Source of the DNA: Torpedo marmorata
Lineage: Eukaryota
Length of the DNA: 64,000 bases
Assembly (NCBI GenBank): GCA_977017645.1
Contig: OZ360223.1
Span: 209,002,001 to 209,066,000 of the forward strand
Reading direction: 5' to 3'
Under the pieces are notes generated by a model, which was given only the letters and a program-made list of their open reading frames with translations, had not been told where the DNA came from and did not search any database. Of this stretch, positions 27,785-40,298 are shown piece by piece. Position numbers and translations under genes: made by a program. Position 1 is the stretch's first letter; each line of letters starts with the position of its first letter.

Positions 27785-29169
27785 TATTGACGCCTTTACC
27801 TGAGTAAGAGTGGGTGGGGCAGGTGCTCCAAGAACAAGGAGATCTCTAAAAGTATTGTGGAAGACTGAATTTGGTCTTATCTGACTGCTTTCTGGGAGTG
27901 AAGGGTCTGCTGATGCCCACAACTTGTGGAATTGCATCCCAACATTGATTGGAATTTTCCAAGAGAAAAATGAAGAAATGAAAGCTTTGCTTCTCCTAGC
28001 TTAACCTGGCTGCTTCATCCTCTTCAGGTATGAAGAGGGCCACGGCATGGTGTAGGGAGTTTGGTATTATGCCATAGATGGCTTTGGACAATAGCGTATT
28101 GACAATGTGCAAACAAAATTTGCATTATTCTATCACTGGATAAATATTGGGTTTTAGAGCCAGTTACTAAAGACAAAACTGGTAAATTGTTGAAAATTCA
28201 ATAAATGTATGCAATTAGATTGAAACTGGTAATAATAACATTAAATGCTGGAGGTACTCAGCAGGTCAGGCACATCTGTGGAGAGAAACAGTTAATGGTT
28301 CAGGGCGATTACCTTTCATTGGAACAAGTGGTTTGCTATCTTTTATTTGGTCTTGTCTCAGTGGATGAGAGTTTTAGTAGCCCATCAGAGATATTCCTTT
28401 CTTCTGTATTCCAGTACCTTTATTATCCTGACTGTTATTCCATCTTGAACTCTCCAAAATCCTGCAGCTCATTTTCTAGATGTACCCACCAAGTCTAGCT
28501 CATTCATCAACCCCCTTTCCCCCATCCCTGGCATACAAAGGTTCCCAGTGCACCATCCCTTGAAGTTTAAGTCCTGTGCTTGATTTAGAATGCTCCACAG
28601 TCTTGGACTGCTTTGGCTTAAATCAAGAACTTTTGTATGCCCGAGCTGTCGTGACACAAATCAACGAGCTGAATGTTCATCTCAAAGCTATTTAGTCAGC
28701 TTGCTGTCTTCATATCAGTTGCCTTTATTTTCAAAATGGTATTAGCTGTGACCCATTTGAGAGTGTGTTTAAACACTTGTGGCTTTAGGTTTCAGAAACT
28801 TGATCACACAATTTAAAGGTGTTACTTCAACACAGTACCGGTAATTAAACTCTTCTGCACTGTCAGATTTGGTGTTTTTTTAATGAGATGTTAAGCAGAG
28901 ACCAAATATACTCTGGTGGATCAGACTGTTCCATGGGAAAGTTTTGAAGAAAGTGAGGGAAACTGTCCTCTGTATCCTAATCTTTTGATTATCATGTTGG
29001 AAATCTGCAGAAATAGCAACAGTGTTAATGTTTCAGGTTGAAGGTCCTTCATCAGAACTAGGAAAGAGAAAACAAGTTAGTTCAAAGTTGCAGTGTTGGG
29101 CAATGGATGTATACCCCAAAAGGGATATCTCCACGATGAGATCAAGTTAAGCACAAGTCTAGTTCATCA

Positions 29170-29945
29170 GGAAAGTCTGCAGATGATAGGATTGTAGTGC
29201 AATATACAAGTGCTGGAGAAACTCAGCAGGTCACGCAGCATCTACAGGAAGCAGAGGGTAACCAAGTTTAGACCCACAGAGTGTAGACGTTTGGCAAAGC
29301 GGTCACCCAATCTGCCTTTGCTCTCACCAATGTAAAGGAGGCCACACTCGGTACACCAAATGCAGTAGAGTAGGTTTGATATACATGCAAAGCTCTGCCT
29401 CACCTGAATCTGCAACTGAACACAGATTGGGTGAGCAAACTTAAGCTTCCTGCAGCCAACCATTTTAATTCCCCCAAGCATTCCTAAAAGACTTGTCTGG
29501 CCTTGGCCTCATCCATTGTCAAGATGAGACCAAACGTAAACTTGAGAAACAACACATCATATTCCTCCTGGACAGCCTTGAACCTCACACAATGAACACT
29601 GAGTTTTCTAATTTTACGTAAGACCACCCCATCTGATTTCACCGTTTCTATCTCTTTACTTACTCTTTTTTCACTCTCTCTCTCTCTGACGTATCTCACC
29701 CCCTGCCCCAGCAACTTTCTTAATGGTTTCTCCCTTCACATCTCACACCTTCTGTCCTATCACCACTCGTCCTCTCCCCCAGCTTCTTTCCCCTTTTATG
29801 TATGTAATTTTACCTTTTATCTTAGCCTTAATAGGCTTTTGATGCATAAACATTGACTGACCATTTCTACCCATGGATGCTGTCTGACTTGTTCCTCCAG
29901 CAAATCTTTGTCTGCTCAGGATTCCAGCATCTGCACCTTTGGTGT
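29170..29945. mobile_element. Penelope-like element remnant with internal inversion
   Basis: Minus-strand GIY-YIG (LLYCIWCTECGLLYIGES..RLGDRF); plus-strand C-terminus (HFNS..RKLEKQHIIF); inverted 3'-end copies at both flanks. Confidence 0.8.
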
Positions 29946-30289
29946 TTCTCTCTTAGTTCATGAACCCATGTTGTCTGTCAGCTCTTTTAACAGTTTTGAT
30001 TTAAAACGTTACATTTTTTTTGCTCCTCAAGTGGTCTTTGAGGCGAGTGAGCAGGTTGGTGTAAAACCTGATACGTCATCAGAGGCAAACTAATGCTGGC
30101 CTCAATGTTTGCAAGAAGAATCTACTAAGTCGTTAAATTGACAATCATGTCCTTTTGTGCATCATTTGAACAATATAAGCACTGACATCTACTGGTAGTA
30201 ATTAGTACTGCATTTGAAAATTGCAAAACAGGGGCCTTGATGGAAAAATGTAAATAGATCAAGAATATAGAATCATAATTATACGAAGG

Positions 30290-31173
30290 TAGGTGGAGGA
30301 GCAGGTAGTGGAGAGTAAACACGGAGGCTGCAGAAAGACTTAGACAGATTAGGAGAATGGGCAGAGAAGTGGAAAATGAAATATAATGTTCATGCACTTT
30401 GGTAGAAAAATAAACATGCAGATTATTTTTTTAAATGGGGAGAAAATTAAAAAAAGGCAGATGCATAAGGACTTAGGGTTCCTTGTGCAGGATAGCATAA
30501 AGGTAAACTTGCATGTTGAGACGGTGGTGAAGAAGGCAAATGCAATGTTGGCATTCATTTCAAGAGGAATAGAATATAAAAGCAGGGATGTGATGCTGAG
30601 GCTTTATAAGGCACTGGTGAGACCTCACTTGGAGTTTTTGTGAGCAGTTTTGGGCTCCTCATTTAAGAAAAGATGTGCTAACGTTGGTGAGGGTTCAAAG
30701 GAGGTTCACTTGGATGATTCTGGGAATGAAAAGGTTATCATATGAGGAGCATTTGACAGCTTTTGGAATTTAGGAGAATGAGGGGGGATCTCATTGAAAC
30801 ATTTCAAAAGTTGAAAGGCATGGAAAGAGTAGATGTAGAAAGGTTGTTTCCCTTGGTAGTCGAGTCTTGGACAAGAGGGCACAACTTCAGGATTGAAGGG
30901 CGTCCACTTAGAACAGAAATGCGTAGGAATTTCTTCAGCCAGCGGGTGATAAATCTGTGAAATTTGTTTCCACAGGTGGTTATGGAGGCCAGGTCATTGG
31001 GTGTATTTAAGACAGAGATCGATAGGTTCTTGATTAGCTAGGGCATCAAAGATTATGGGGAGAAGGTCGGGCAGTGGGTCTGAGTGGGAAAAATGGATCA
31101 GCTCATGATTAAATCGGGGGCCAAGCTCGATGGGCTGTATAGCCTATTTCTGCTCCTGTGCCTTATGGTCTTA
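30290..31173 (+). mobile_element. CR1 LINE 3' fragment
   Basis: LRLYKALVRPHLE, RRMRGDLIETF, RRNFFSQRV; tail TTATGGTCTTAT. Confidence 0.9.
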
Positions 31174-31905
31174 TAACAAATGTAAATAAGTGATTTATTG
31201 TTTTTCTATTTTCTATTTCCATGGGCATTTGTTTGTTTGAGAGTTGTGAAGACATTCTAATTTATGTACAAATGTTTTCCACTTAATATTCTCTAGCATT
31301 GATAGTGAAACATAAAATCTATGCTTCCCATTCTAGGTATCATTTTTCAATGCATCTTACTGTGAATAAAAGTGTGTGAGTGACCTGCCCTAGAGCATTG
31401 TCTTAAGACGTGTAAGAGTGATCTGAAGTTTCTTAACCTCAATTATTTGTTCCTTCCATCTCTGGTTTGAAGTGCCGAGTATACACTTGACACTTATTCC
31501 AGCTGAGGTGAGGGCAAGACTGCCTGTTGTGGAAAAACCGTGCGTGAAAACTGTCTTCCTTCCATGACACATCGTCTAATGCACTACAGTTTCCTTTTTT
31601 CATAGTGGAATACCCATTAATTTAGCATGGCATAAATCTACATGCTGACTGGAGGTACTACACATGAATTAAGAAAATTGGCGATTATTTCAATTGAAGC
31701 TCAGGCACGTGGGTGGCAGTGGTTCAAGAGGGCAGCACACCATCACATTTCCCAGACTATGTGGGATAAAAAAAAAATTAATACTGGCCTTGCCAGTGCA
31801 TCTGTGTTTCTGTGCAGATTAAAAACAAATTTCAAGCCTGTTGTCAACAAAACATGTGTTTAGACCTTGTCACTATTTTCATCTGACTTCATTTTGCTTT
31901 TTAAG

Positions 31906-31980
31906 CACGCTTTGAAGATTTGGAGCAATCTGATACCAGAGTTAAATATCTTTGGGAAGCACTCACAAATTTCACTAATG
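31906..31980 (+). CDS. HECTD3: HECTD3 exon
   Basis: aag|..|gtaagt; [26 protein letters not shown]. Confidence 0.94.
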
Positions 31981-32929
31981 GTAAGTAGTTTTATGACTGC
32001 CATCAGTAGACTTGCTAAGCCATCCACATGACTTCTCATAATGAATGATTTCTACACAAATTCTAAATCTGAGATTATTTAATGATAGGCGTTTACTTGT
32101 ATTTAAAAGATATTATTCCCTTTCTGGACTATTGTTGACAATGGTCATTGAGACTATCTGTCAGCCATGGGGCGTTGAAGTGCTTTTTCCAATTCTGAAT
32201 GATTGAAATTTCTCTTAATGCCACTAAAGACAATAAAATAATTTTGATTTTTGTTTTGTCTCAAAGCATAACACCATATCAGGGGATTGCCTGGGTGTCC
32301 TGGCCAATATTTATCCTATAGTCATCATTCCTTCAAAAATAAATCCTTAACAAATTATTGTTAGTGGCAAGCCCCTCCTATAATACCATCATTAGCTATA
32401 CAATGGGGAATCCTGAGATGGTGAAAGCACTCTGAAGATGTTTTTTGTTGAATTATGACCAACACCGATGAATTCAATTATACAGATGAATTCCTTCTGC
32501 TGGCCTGAATCTGAGGTGAAGTAAGTTTGAGATGGTTTCAGTTGGTTCTGAGTGTGAGATCTCAACAATACAAAAAAAAACATTTAAAAAGATATTTTGC
32601 ATTTACACCAGTACATTTGGCTATTTGATGCAAGTAAACTGGACTACTTGTGCAGTGAGATTCTTGGTTGTATGAATTAAATCTTGTACTAATTACCCAG
32701 AGAATTGTTATTTGCATCAGACTAATAGAGGAAGAATTGCATGCAAAAATGTAAAATGTTTTTATACCCCACCCCCCGACTTAAACCAGCCTTGGACAAT
32801 GTTGTGTATTCTTGGTTTTAGCTCAGCCTTAGAATACAAGATAATGATTTGTGATGCAAACAACCATTGCCTTATCACAAACAGTCTGTTACATACAACT
32901 CAATATTATTTGGCATTTCAATCTATACA

Positions 32930-33034
32930 AGTAAAAACACACAGAAATGCTGGAGGATCTCAGCTGGTCTCGTAGCATCCATAGGAGGTAAAGATATATT
33001 ACCAAAGTTACGGGCCTGAGCCCTTCTTCAAGGT
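32930..33034 (-). mobile_element. Penelope 3'-end fragment with degenerate hammerhead motif
   Basis: Matches 3' ends at 49929-50035 and 51900-52018. Confidence 0.7.
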
Positions 33035-33116
33035 TTCAATCTACATATTCAGATGGGGGAAGAAGACAAGGGAAACAGTTGGTATTTTCTTTTTAAATTT
33101 CTTCTTTACCTTTCAG

Positions 33117-33198
33117 AGGATCGTAGCCGATTCTTGAGGTTTGTTACAGGCAGAAGCCGCCTGCCAGCCCCTATTTTCATCTTCCCAGACAAGTCAGG
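33117..33198 (+). CDS. HECTD3: HECTD3 exon
   Basis: cag|..|gtaagt; [28 protein letters not shown]. Confidence 0.95.
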
Positions 33199-33928
33199 GT
33201 AAGTGGCTTGCATTTTGGCTGGTGATTGCCTTGGAAAATGAAAAATGTACAAAAACTTCAGATGGTAGAATGTCACATTTTCAACATTCATATCGGGGAC
33301 AAAATAAAAGTTGATGGAAAATCGGTAAACGTGCCAAAGTAATTTAATCTTGCTGTCTACCATTGTACACATTCTTAATCACCTCATTGGCATTTGAGTG
33401 GTGTCAACTGGCACTAAGTACTAATTCATAGTTGGATGCATAAAAAGGAAACGATATCTGGAAATTGCTCTGGTTTATTATTAAGCCAAGCAAAGGAGAT
33501 TTATATATCCTAGAATTAATAGTGTCCCCAGGAGTAGTAATGGTTATGAGGAGAATTCAAAAATTTGAAAGGGGCAGCATCACAATAGAAATGTACCAAC
33601 TGATAGCCTGATCATATTTGCTTTCCTTTAACCCAATTTAGATGGAGGCCTGAGATTTCTATTGATGGGGAGGGGAGAAACAGTGAGGAAGTATCTTGAT
33701 AATCGACATGATCTCATGACACATCTCTTAGTAATTTCCAGACTAATTTTGTTCTGAAAAAGGATATTAAGAGCGTTTTTTATTTTTGTTGGACTATTTT
33801 ATCTAGATTGTCCAGATGTCCCTATAAGAGAGAAATGTTGCAGGTGTTTCTTTGAGAGCAAATGGGCATTTTAAGATGCTATAATTTGAAACATTTACCA
33901 CAGAAATGTGATTGTTGTTTTTAAACAG

Positions 33929-34000
33929 GTCGGAGAAGGCAGATGCGCTCCCAGAATCCTCCACGTGTTCTAGCACACTTTTTCTACCAAATTATTCCAG
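33929..34000 (+). CDS. HECTD3: HECTD3 exon with the HECT catalytic Cys
   Basis: cag|..|gt; SEKADALPESSTCSSTLFLPNYS. Confidence 0.95.
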
Positions 34001-34800
34001 GTCGGTTGCTATTCCCAAATGAATGTTTCTGATATTTCTCCCCTTTATTTTTAAATTTAAATTTTCTGGAGTTGTTGACCCTTTTACTTTAATGCATATC
34101 ACCAGTCCTTTCATGCATTGCTTAAATGTTCACTTGATAGAAAATCAGCAGTAGCAACAAGCATTTGGCACATTGGTCAAACCCAAAGTATTATTCCCTT
34201 GAGGTGTATGCGTGAATTCTCCAGAGGAATAGGATAATGTTCAGGAGCCATATCTTTTCTCCATATGGAACTGTAGCATCCAGCTGCTTGCTACCTCATT
34301 TTAAAATTTGTTACTTCAGTATGACAGCATTTCTCATGGTTTGGTGAGTCACATTTATCAGTTTCTTCTGTGTATGTGATAATCCATACACAAGATGTAA
34401 TTCTGGATTTGTAGACCCTCCCCAAGAGGTCTGGCCTTGTGTATGAGCAGAGCCAGACAATTCAAGAACTGCAGCAATATACATTTGCTTATTGCCTTTT
34501 GAAGTACAATTGTATGGGGGAGGGTGTTGATTCAGCCATGTATCATTACAGCAATATTATCATAAATGACAATAAAATTGTAGGGTGGCTCAATACAAAG
34601 CCATATGATATATCTCATTGAGACTGCACTAGTTGTCTTAAATAATTCTGTTAGCTCCATCTTCCTGAATTTTTTTCTACTTTCATATATTTATCCAATT
34701 CATCTTTGACAGCAGCTTTCACCATCCTGTCAAGCAACACATTTCAATTCCAAACGTTGCATTAATATTTTTCTTAAAAGCTGCTGTTTTTTACCAATTA

Positions 34801-35473
34801 CAGTGAAACCCCGATTTTACGTGCCCCGATTTAACGCGAATTCGGATATAATGCGATGAGTCATTGGACCTGCTGATCAGCCTGTGCCGTCCGCCCGGCA
34901 CCTGAAGTACACCGTCTGGCCCTCGGCCGCCAATACCCACTGCGGCGACCGCTCCCGGATCCGGGGCTTGTGGCAGGCCAGCAGGTGGTGGAGCGCGGCG
35001 CCGCGGAACTCCGTCAGCCGGCTGCCCCGCAGGTCAGCTGGAGACGCGCACACTGGCGGCTGCTGGTCGAAGCTGAGAGCCGGGCTGGTCCGCAGCAGTC
35101 AGCACAGGCGGCAGTCGCAGCACAGCGGGTTGTTGTCCAGGCGCAGCACGGCCAGGCTGCGCGCCAGCGGCAGTGCGCTCTCTTCCAGCGTGGCCAGCTC
35201 CCTCAGCTTGTACAGCTGCCGAAGGTTCTGCTCCTGCAGGGAGCTGATGCCCAGGTAACGCAGCCGGAGTGTGGCCAGGTTGTGCAGGTAGGACAGGGAT
35301 TCGGCTGAAATGGAGGTGAGGCAGGTTGAACAAGTTGCCGAAAGCGCCCGGTTCCACGCTGCTGCTGATGTTCTCGCTGTATATATGTGTAACCCCGATT
35401 TAGTGCGACCTCGCTTTTTTTCGCGATGACATTTTATGGACCCAAACGATCGCGTTATAATGGGGTTTCACTG
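34801..35473. mobile_element. Tigger/pogo-like MITE with captured gene cargo
   Basis: TIRs CAGTGAAACCCC (12 bp exact, imperfect beyond); TA at 34799-800 and 35474-75; subterminal CCCCGATTT repeats. Confidence 0.9.
34886..35378 (-). pseudogene. Mosaic LINGO-family (LINGO3-like) LRR/LRRCT/Ig fragments
   Basis: SENISSSVEPGAFGNLFNL / LTSISAESLSYLHNLATLRLRYLGISSLQEQNLRQLYKLREL / ATLEESALPLARSLAVLRLDNNPLCCDCRLC*LL..FDQQPPVCASPADLRG..CHKPRIRERSPQWVLAAEGQTVYFRCRADG; frameshift near 35321, TGA at 35099-35101. Confidence 0.85.
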
Positions 35474-36316
35474 TATCTTAACATTGTCCCATCATGTCAT
35501 TGACCCGTAAGACTTTGAGTACATTTTTTTAACATTTTATCGAAAGCCTCGGTGTTTTCTGCTTCTAGTCTTACGACAATGCGAGGAAAGCTTTACTGGA
35601 CTTCTGATTTGATCTACTTTGGTGAATTGTTCTTTGTAACTTGTGGAGAAGTCGTCAAATAGTAGTTAATGTATTTATTTGACTTGATTTTTTTTGACTA
35701 AGACTAAAAATTTAAATTGAGATTGCTACTTATTTACAACAATTCAAAATTGAAAAAATGTGGTTTGTTTGCATATAATTCAGTACTGCTTCTTATTCTA
35801 AAATCAATTAAGATAATGATGAATGGTGAAGTCAAATGAGTAGCTCGGTTTATCACACATTGTACCTAGTGCTATCGTTCTACTGTTTAATGCTTCAGTG
35901 TGGCCAAAATAGTAAATTTATTAACCTCCGAATCACAAATAGGCTGCCATTTGTATCCATTCCTTGGTTGATTAAGAAATGGGAAGAGTGAGGTTGACAA
36001 AGGGATGGGGGAGGAAGTATTGATGTTCCCCATTTTTTAAAAAAAAGGATTAATATTTAAACAGCATCTTTTCACAACTTTAGGGCATAATTTCACTTAA
36101 TCCCAAAATATGACACAGTTGAAGACTTCCTTTTGAACTGTAGTCTTGGGAAGACCCTGCAAACAATGGAGATAAAGACTAGAAGATGGTTTATCTGAAA
36201 GTGATGTTCAGTGAGGGATAAATATCAGGCAGCTTATAGGGAGGTAAAACAATGGTCAAAGATGGTCAGAACATTTTGGAGGGAGATTAAAATTTTCATC
36301 AGACAGATGCCTCTTT

Positions 36317-36661
36317 CTTTTTTGAATATTTTATTTGTATTTTTTTAAAGCCAAATATATTATCAATAACAAAAATAATACATCATCAAATATAATATTC
36401 GTCTGTTGACTATTATACTAAAAAACAACAACAAAACTATAAACAAAGGAAAACCCACCCACCCAATTCCCCCCAAAATGAAAGAAAAGAGAGGAATAGA
36501 ATAAGAAAAGGTTGAAATAGAAAAGGAAAGACGACATTGGAGGCTCGTCGCCCACCCCACAGGCTTAAATTACTTGGCATTCTCGGATTTCTGTAAAGGA
36601 AATGGACATAGGTCCTGGGGGCAAGGGGGGGCCTGGTTATAGATTTACAGCCATGTGTTGT
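36317..36661 (-). mobile_element. L1 3'-end fragment, same family as 3531
   Basis: Closely matches 3540-3930; TSD GACAG(A/G)TGCCTCTTT at 36302-16 and 36662-76. Confidence 0.9.
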
Positions 36662-37674
36662 GACAGGTGCCTCTTTGAGAGCATATGTTTCCTCTGTACT
36701 GTGTCGCTCTACATTTTTCAAGCTTGAAACTTTAATCATCAAAGCTGTGGTATTCTCCAGAAAGCAGTCCATTAGAATTGATATTTAATGGGCTGCAATG
36801 ACCATTAATGTGGTTGAGAATAAAGATAACATATTTAAAGGAAGACTTTGTATGGAAAATTGGGGACATTAAAGGCTTTGTTAAGAGTATACAGTTTAAC
36901 CATTGCCAAAATTAACAACCAATAGCACCTGGCTGTTCATCTTTCCTGGACATGGGAGACATGGCAAACGAACCCTCAATATCCAAGAATTGTTCTGCAG
37001 AGCGGAACGGGTGGTAAATGACAACTTAACCTTTGGGGGTATATCCTGAGTCCCTGCTTCTGGAACTCTCTGATAACCTTTAACTACACAAAAAGCTTTA
37101 TATCCGTATAATACATCAGGCTCCACTTCTCAGCACATTAGTGCCCAGCTGATGGGCTCAATGATGATGTCAGGGGTAGAGTGGACAGTCAGTAGCACTG
37201 ACATCTGGCCACTAGACTTCTCTTTGGCCAGACCGTCAGCTCAATTTGACCTATTTATGCTTTTTACACAGCCACTTCGTTCCGGGATATTATTCCCTTT
37301 TTCCCGGAACGCGTGCTGTGTAAAAAGCACGGAAACGGAATGGTCGTGCCATTCCAGTCCTGTCTTTTTTTCGCCTAGACCCCTAGTAATTTTCCCGAAA
37401 CGCCTGCAGTGTAAACTGCACTGCAGGCATTCCGGGACCAACTCGGGTCATGATGTGTATTGTGTACCGTACTTTTCTTAGTATATTGTGTACCGTAATT
37501 TTTTTTAGTGCTGCCTGCTCTCTCCCGCGGCCCGCAGTGCCCCGCTGCCTGTTCTCTCCCGCAGCCCGTTGTCCCACTCTGCCCCAGCGGTCCGCTGCCT
37601 GCTCTCTCCCGCAGCCCGCTGTCCCGCTCTGTCCCGGTGGTCCATTGCCTGCTCTCTGTTGCTGTGGGCCGCTA

Positions 37675-37853
37675 AGCCTAACCCTAACACTAACCCAAAC
37701 CCACCCTACCCTGAAACCCCACACCTAACCCTAACCCTAACCATAGCCCTAATCCTAACCTGAACCCCATGCCTAACCCTAACCTGAACCCCACACCTAA
37801 CCCTAACCAGAACCATAACCCTAACCCTATCCCAAATCCCACACCTAACCCTA
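37675..37853. repeat. Degenerate (CCCTAA)n telomere-like array
   Basis: CCCTAA units mixed with CCTGAA/CCATAA/CACACC variants; shorter copy at about 38090-38117. Confidence 0.85.
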
Positions 37854-38297
37854 AGGTGTGAATATAAGGTTACCCGCTATGCAGACAATAAACTTACCCC
37901 AGGACATATCAAAATGCACAACAAGTACCGGAAAGGAAATAAGGCACTGATCCCACTAAGAGCTAGAAACAGGCACAGGGTAATGAAAGCATAGGCCAAC
38001 CAAAAGTGGCAGTTTATAGTGACACAGAACCAGAGAGGAGACCAGTGAACACAAGAGGGATGATTATCCTGCTGCCCACATATTGACAAACTAACCTGAA
38101 CCCTAACCATAACCCTAGATTTGACACTAGGTCTGCCAGATTGTGAGGGCAATCACAAAGCACAAAGATTTGACACTAGGTCTGCCAGATTGTGAGCAAG
38201 CTGGTCTGTGGGTTTGTCCTCAGTTTGAACAGTCTGAAGCCCACCGCCCCGCTCCCCCACCGACAGCCCGCCACCAGCCCCCAACGATAGGTAGCGG

Positions 38298-38358
38298 TGA
38301 TTAGTAAGGGATTACTTAAGGTGGTATGTGAGTGGAAAGAAAAAGTTTGAAATCCACT
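38298..38358. mobile_element. hAT MITE end fragment
   Basis: Nearly identical to 56189-56250. Confidence 0.8.
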
Positions 38359-38383
38359 TCTTTCGATCAATACTTGCAGTAGA

Positions 38384-38690
38384 TTTTCCCACGCTCTTTT
38401 ATAAATTGTGTGCGTATGTTTTATTAAATTGTGCGTGTATTTTCCCATGCTCTTTTATAAATTGTGTGCGTATGTTTTATTAAATTGTCCGTATTTTCCC
38501 ACGCTCTTTTATACATTGCGCGCGTATGTTTTATTAAATTGTCCGTGTATTTTCCCACGCTCCTTTATGCATTGTGCGCGTGTGTCTTATTAAATTGTGC
38601 GTGTTTTTTTCCTACGCTCTTTCATAAATTGTGCGCGTGTGTGCTTTATTCCCGCTACGATTTTCCCACGCTCTTCTATTAATTGTGTGT
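38384..38690. repeat. About 56-bp tandem repeat, about 5.5 units
   Basis: TTTTCCCACGCTCTTTTATAAATTGTGTGCG... recurs at 38384, 38440, 38494, 38550, ~38607 and 38661. Confidence 0.9.
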
Positions 38691-40020
38691 TAATAAAAGT
38701 AACGTTTGATAGCAAACCCTTGTGTCCAGACTCGTCTCTCACGAACCTGACACTTTCTCAACACAACAATGACCAGTGCGGGGACCAACAGCGTTACTGT
38801 CGGCGTTACTCACCATTATCACCCTAATTTCAACCTGGCATAAAAAACCGGGGGAATATTTTTTGAGCCATTTTTTGGGAAAAACAAATGGGTCTAACAT
38901 GCCATCAAATACGGTATTTTATACGTGACTTTAGACGCAGACGCCGACGATGTTGAGTTACACGTCCGCCCCTTTTGCTCACGGAAAGCAGGTATGCTGT
39001 ATAAAATGGTGGACTGATACGGAGATTTGCAGGTTTTGGTCATTCCAGTGTGAACGACCAATGCCAGGATATCGGAGGCTCTTCATAACGGAAAAATCCC
39101 GCGAAAGCTGTGTAAAAAATATTATTGACTTCTTGGATAAGAAGACCTGCCTTTTGTGTTCTATACTTGGCGACTAGGTATTAGAGTAGAATACCACCTC
39201 TCATTCCGAACATTCACTGGTGGAGTTTTGGAGGCAAAGTGTTGTTAAATATCCCATATTAGAATTGTGTTTAAGTTTTTCATTATTGTTAAACCATAAA
39301 CATGCGAAAATTTAATTAGCACGTAAGGAAACATAGTTGGACTCCAATCAACTTCTGCTATGTGAGATTTTCAGCAGAAACTCAGTGGAATTGCTTTTTA
39401 TGTCAAATCTAGAAATGCAAAGTAGAAAGAATAAGGCTTTTCCATGTGTCTTCACTACCATCCTCCCCATCTCATTCCCCACCCTGCCCCACCCCCAGGT
39501 AGGGGAATAGGCCAGCACGAACTGGACCTTTGTTGCGATCAAGGCTGCGATCTTAGTGTTAACACTGAGATGTAGCCACCTGTAATGTACCTGTGATTCT
39601 CACGGTGTCCTTTTTTCAACTTTGCCATGTACCAATTTAGAGGGCATTGTTAAACAAAATATAAATTTTAAAAATGACATAAAAAATTTCAATGCACAGG
39701 GGAATTTGACTTGTCTCTTTCAATGAATTGAGTTTTCTCTATCAATTAAAATGGTTATTTATTTTTTTCCCCCATATTATAAATACCCACCTGTTCTGAA
39801 CAATTGATCTCAGGAGATCTTACCTTTTGACTTTCCACCACCTCTTCCCAAACTCACTTGCTGTATTCTTGGCCACTTGTTATTTTCCATTTTAAACTAA
39901 GTACATTTATTGTGTGGTCAACATGAGTAATCTGTAAAATATTCATATGTTTTAGATTCCTCAATAATGACAATAGTGTAAAGCCATACAGATGTATACC
40001 ATTGTACATGAATCTTCTAA

Positions 40021-40137
<117 letters not shown>

Positions 40138-40292
40138 CACCAGGTATCTGCTGCAGTGGTTGATGAAAGCATCTCTGGTTCAATTATAATTGCCTTAAAG
40201 TTTTGTGTTGTCTGTATAAATGCTAATTTTTTGAGATTTGGAGATATACCTTTTTATTTTCTCTTTCTGTGGTGATTCACTTTATCCATTAG

Positions 40293-40298
40293 AATAAA
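40293..40298 (+). terminator. Candidate proximal polyadenylation signal of HECTD3
   Basis: First AATAAA I found after the stop codon; use is unproven. Confidence 0.35.

Larger units (their letters stand above)
37256..39123. mobile_element. Composite Harbinger-like element with nested Tc2-like ends, tandem arrays and a hAT fragment
   Basis: Outer TIR core TTTTTACACAGC / GCTGTGTAAAAA; inner TACCGTA near 37465 and TACGGTA near 38910. Confidence 0.55.

Noticed and set aside
34886-35378. Functional nested LINGO gene
   Set aside because: No start or signal peptide, two large internal gaps, a frameshift, a premature stop, no transmembrane segment, and bounded by TIRs.
37675-37853. Telomeric repeats as a chromosome fusion scar
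   Set aside because: Degenerate, single orientation, inside a transposon composite and within an intact gene's intron.
38117-38196. 31-bp direct repeat with an 18-bp spacer
   Set aside because: Only two copies; best explained as a local duplication within the composite element.
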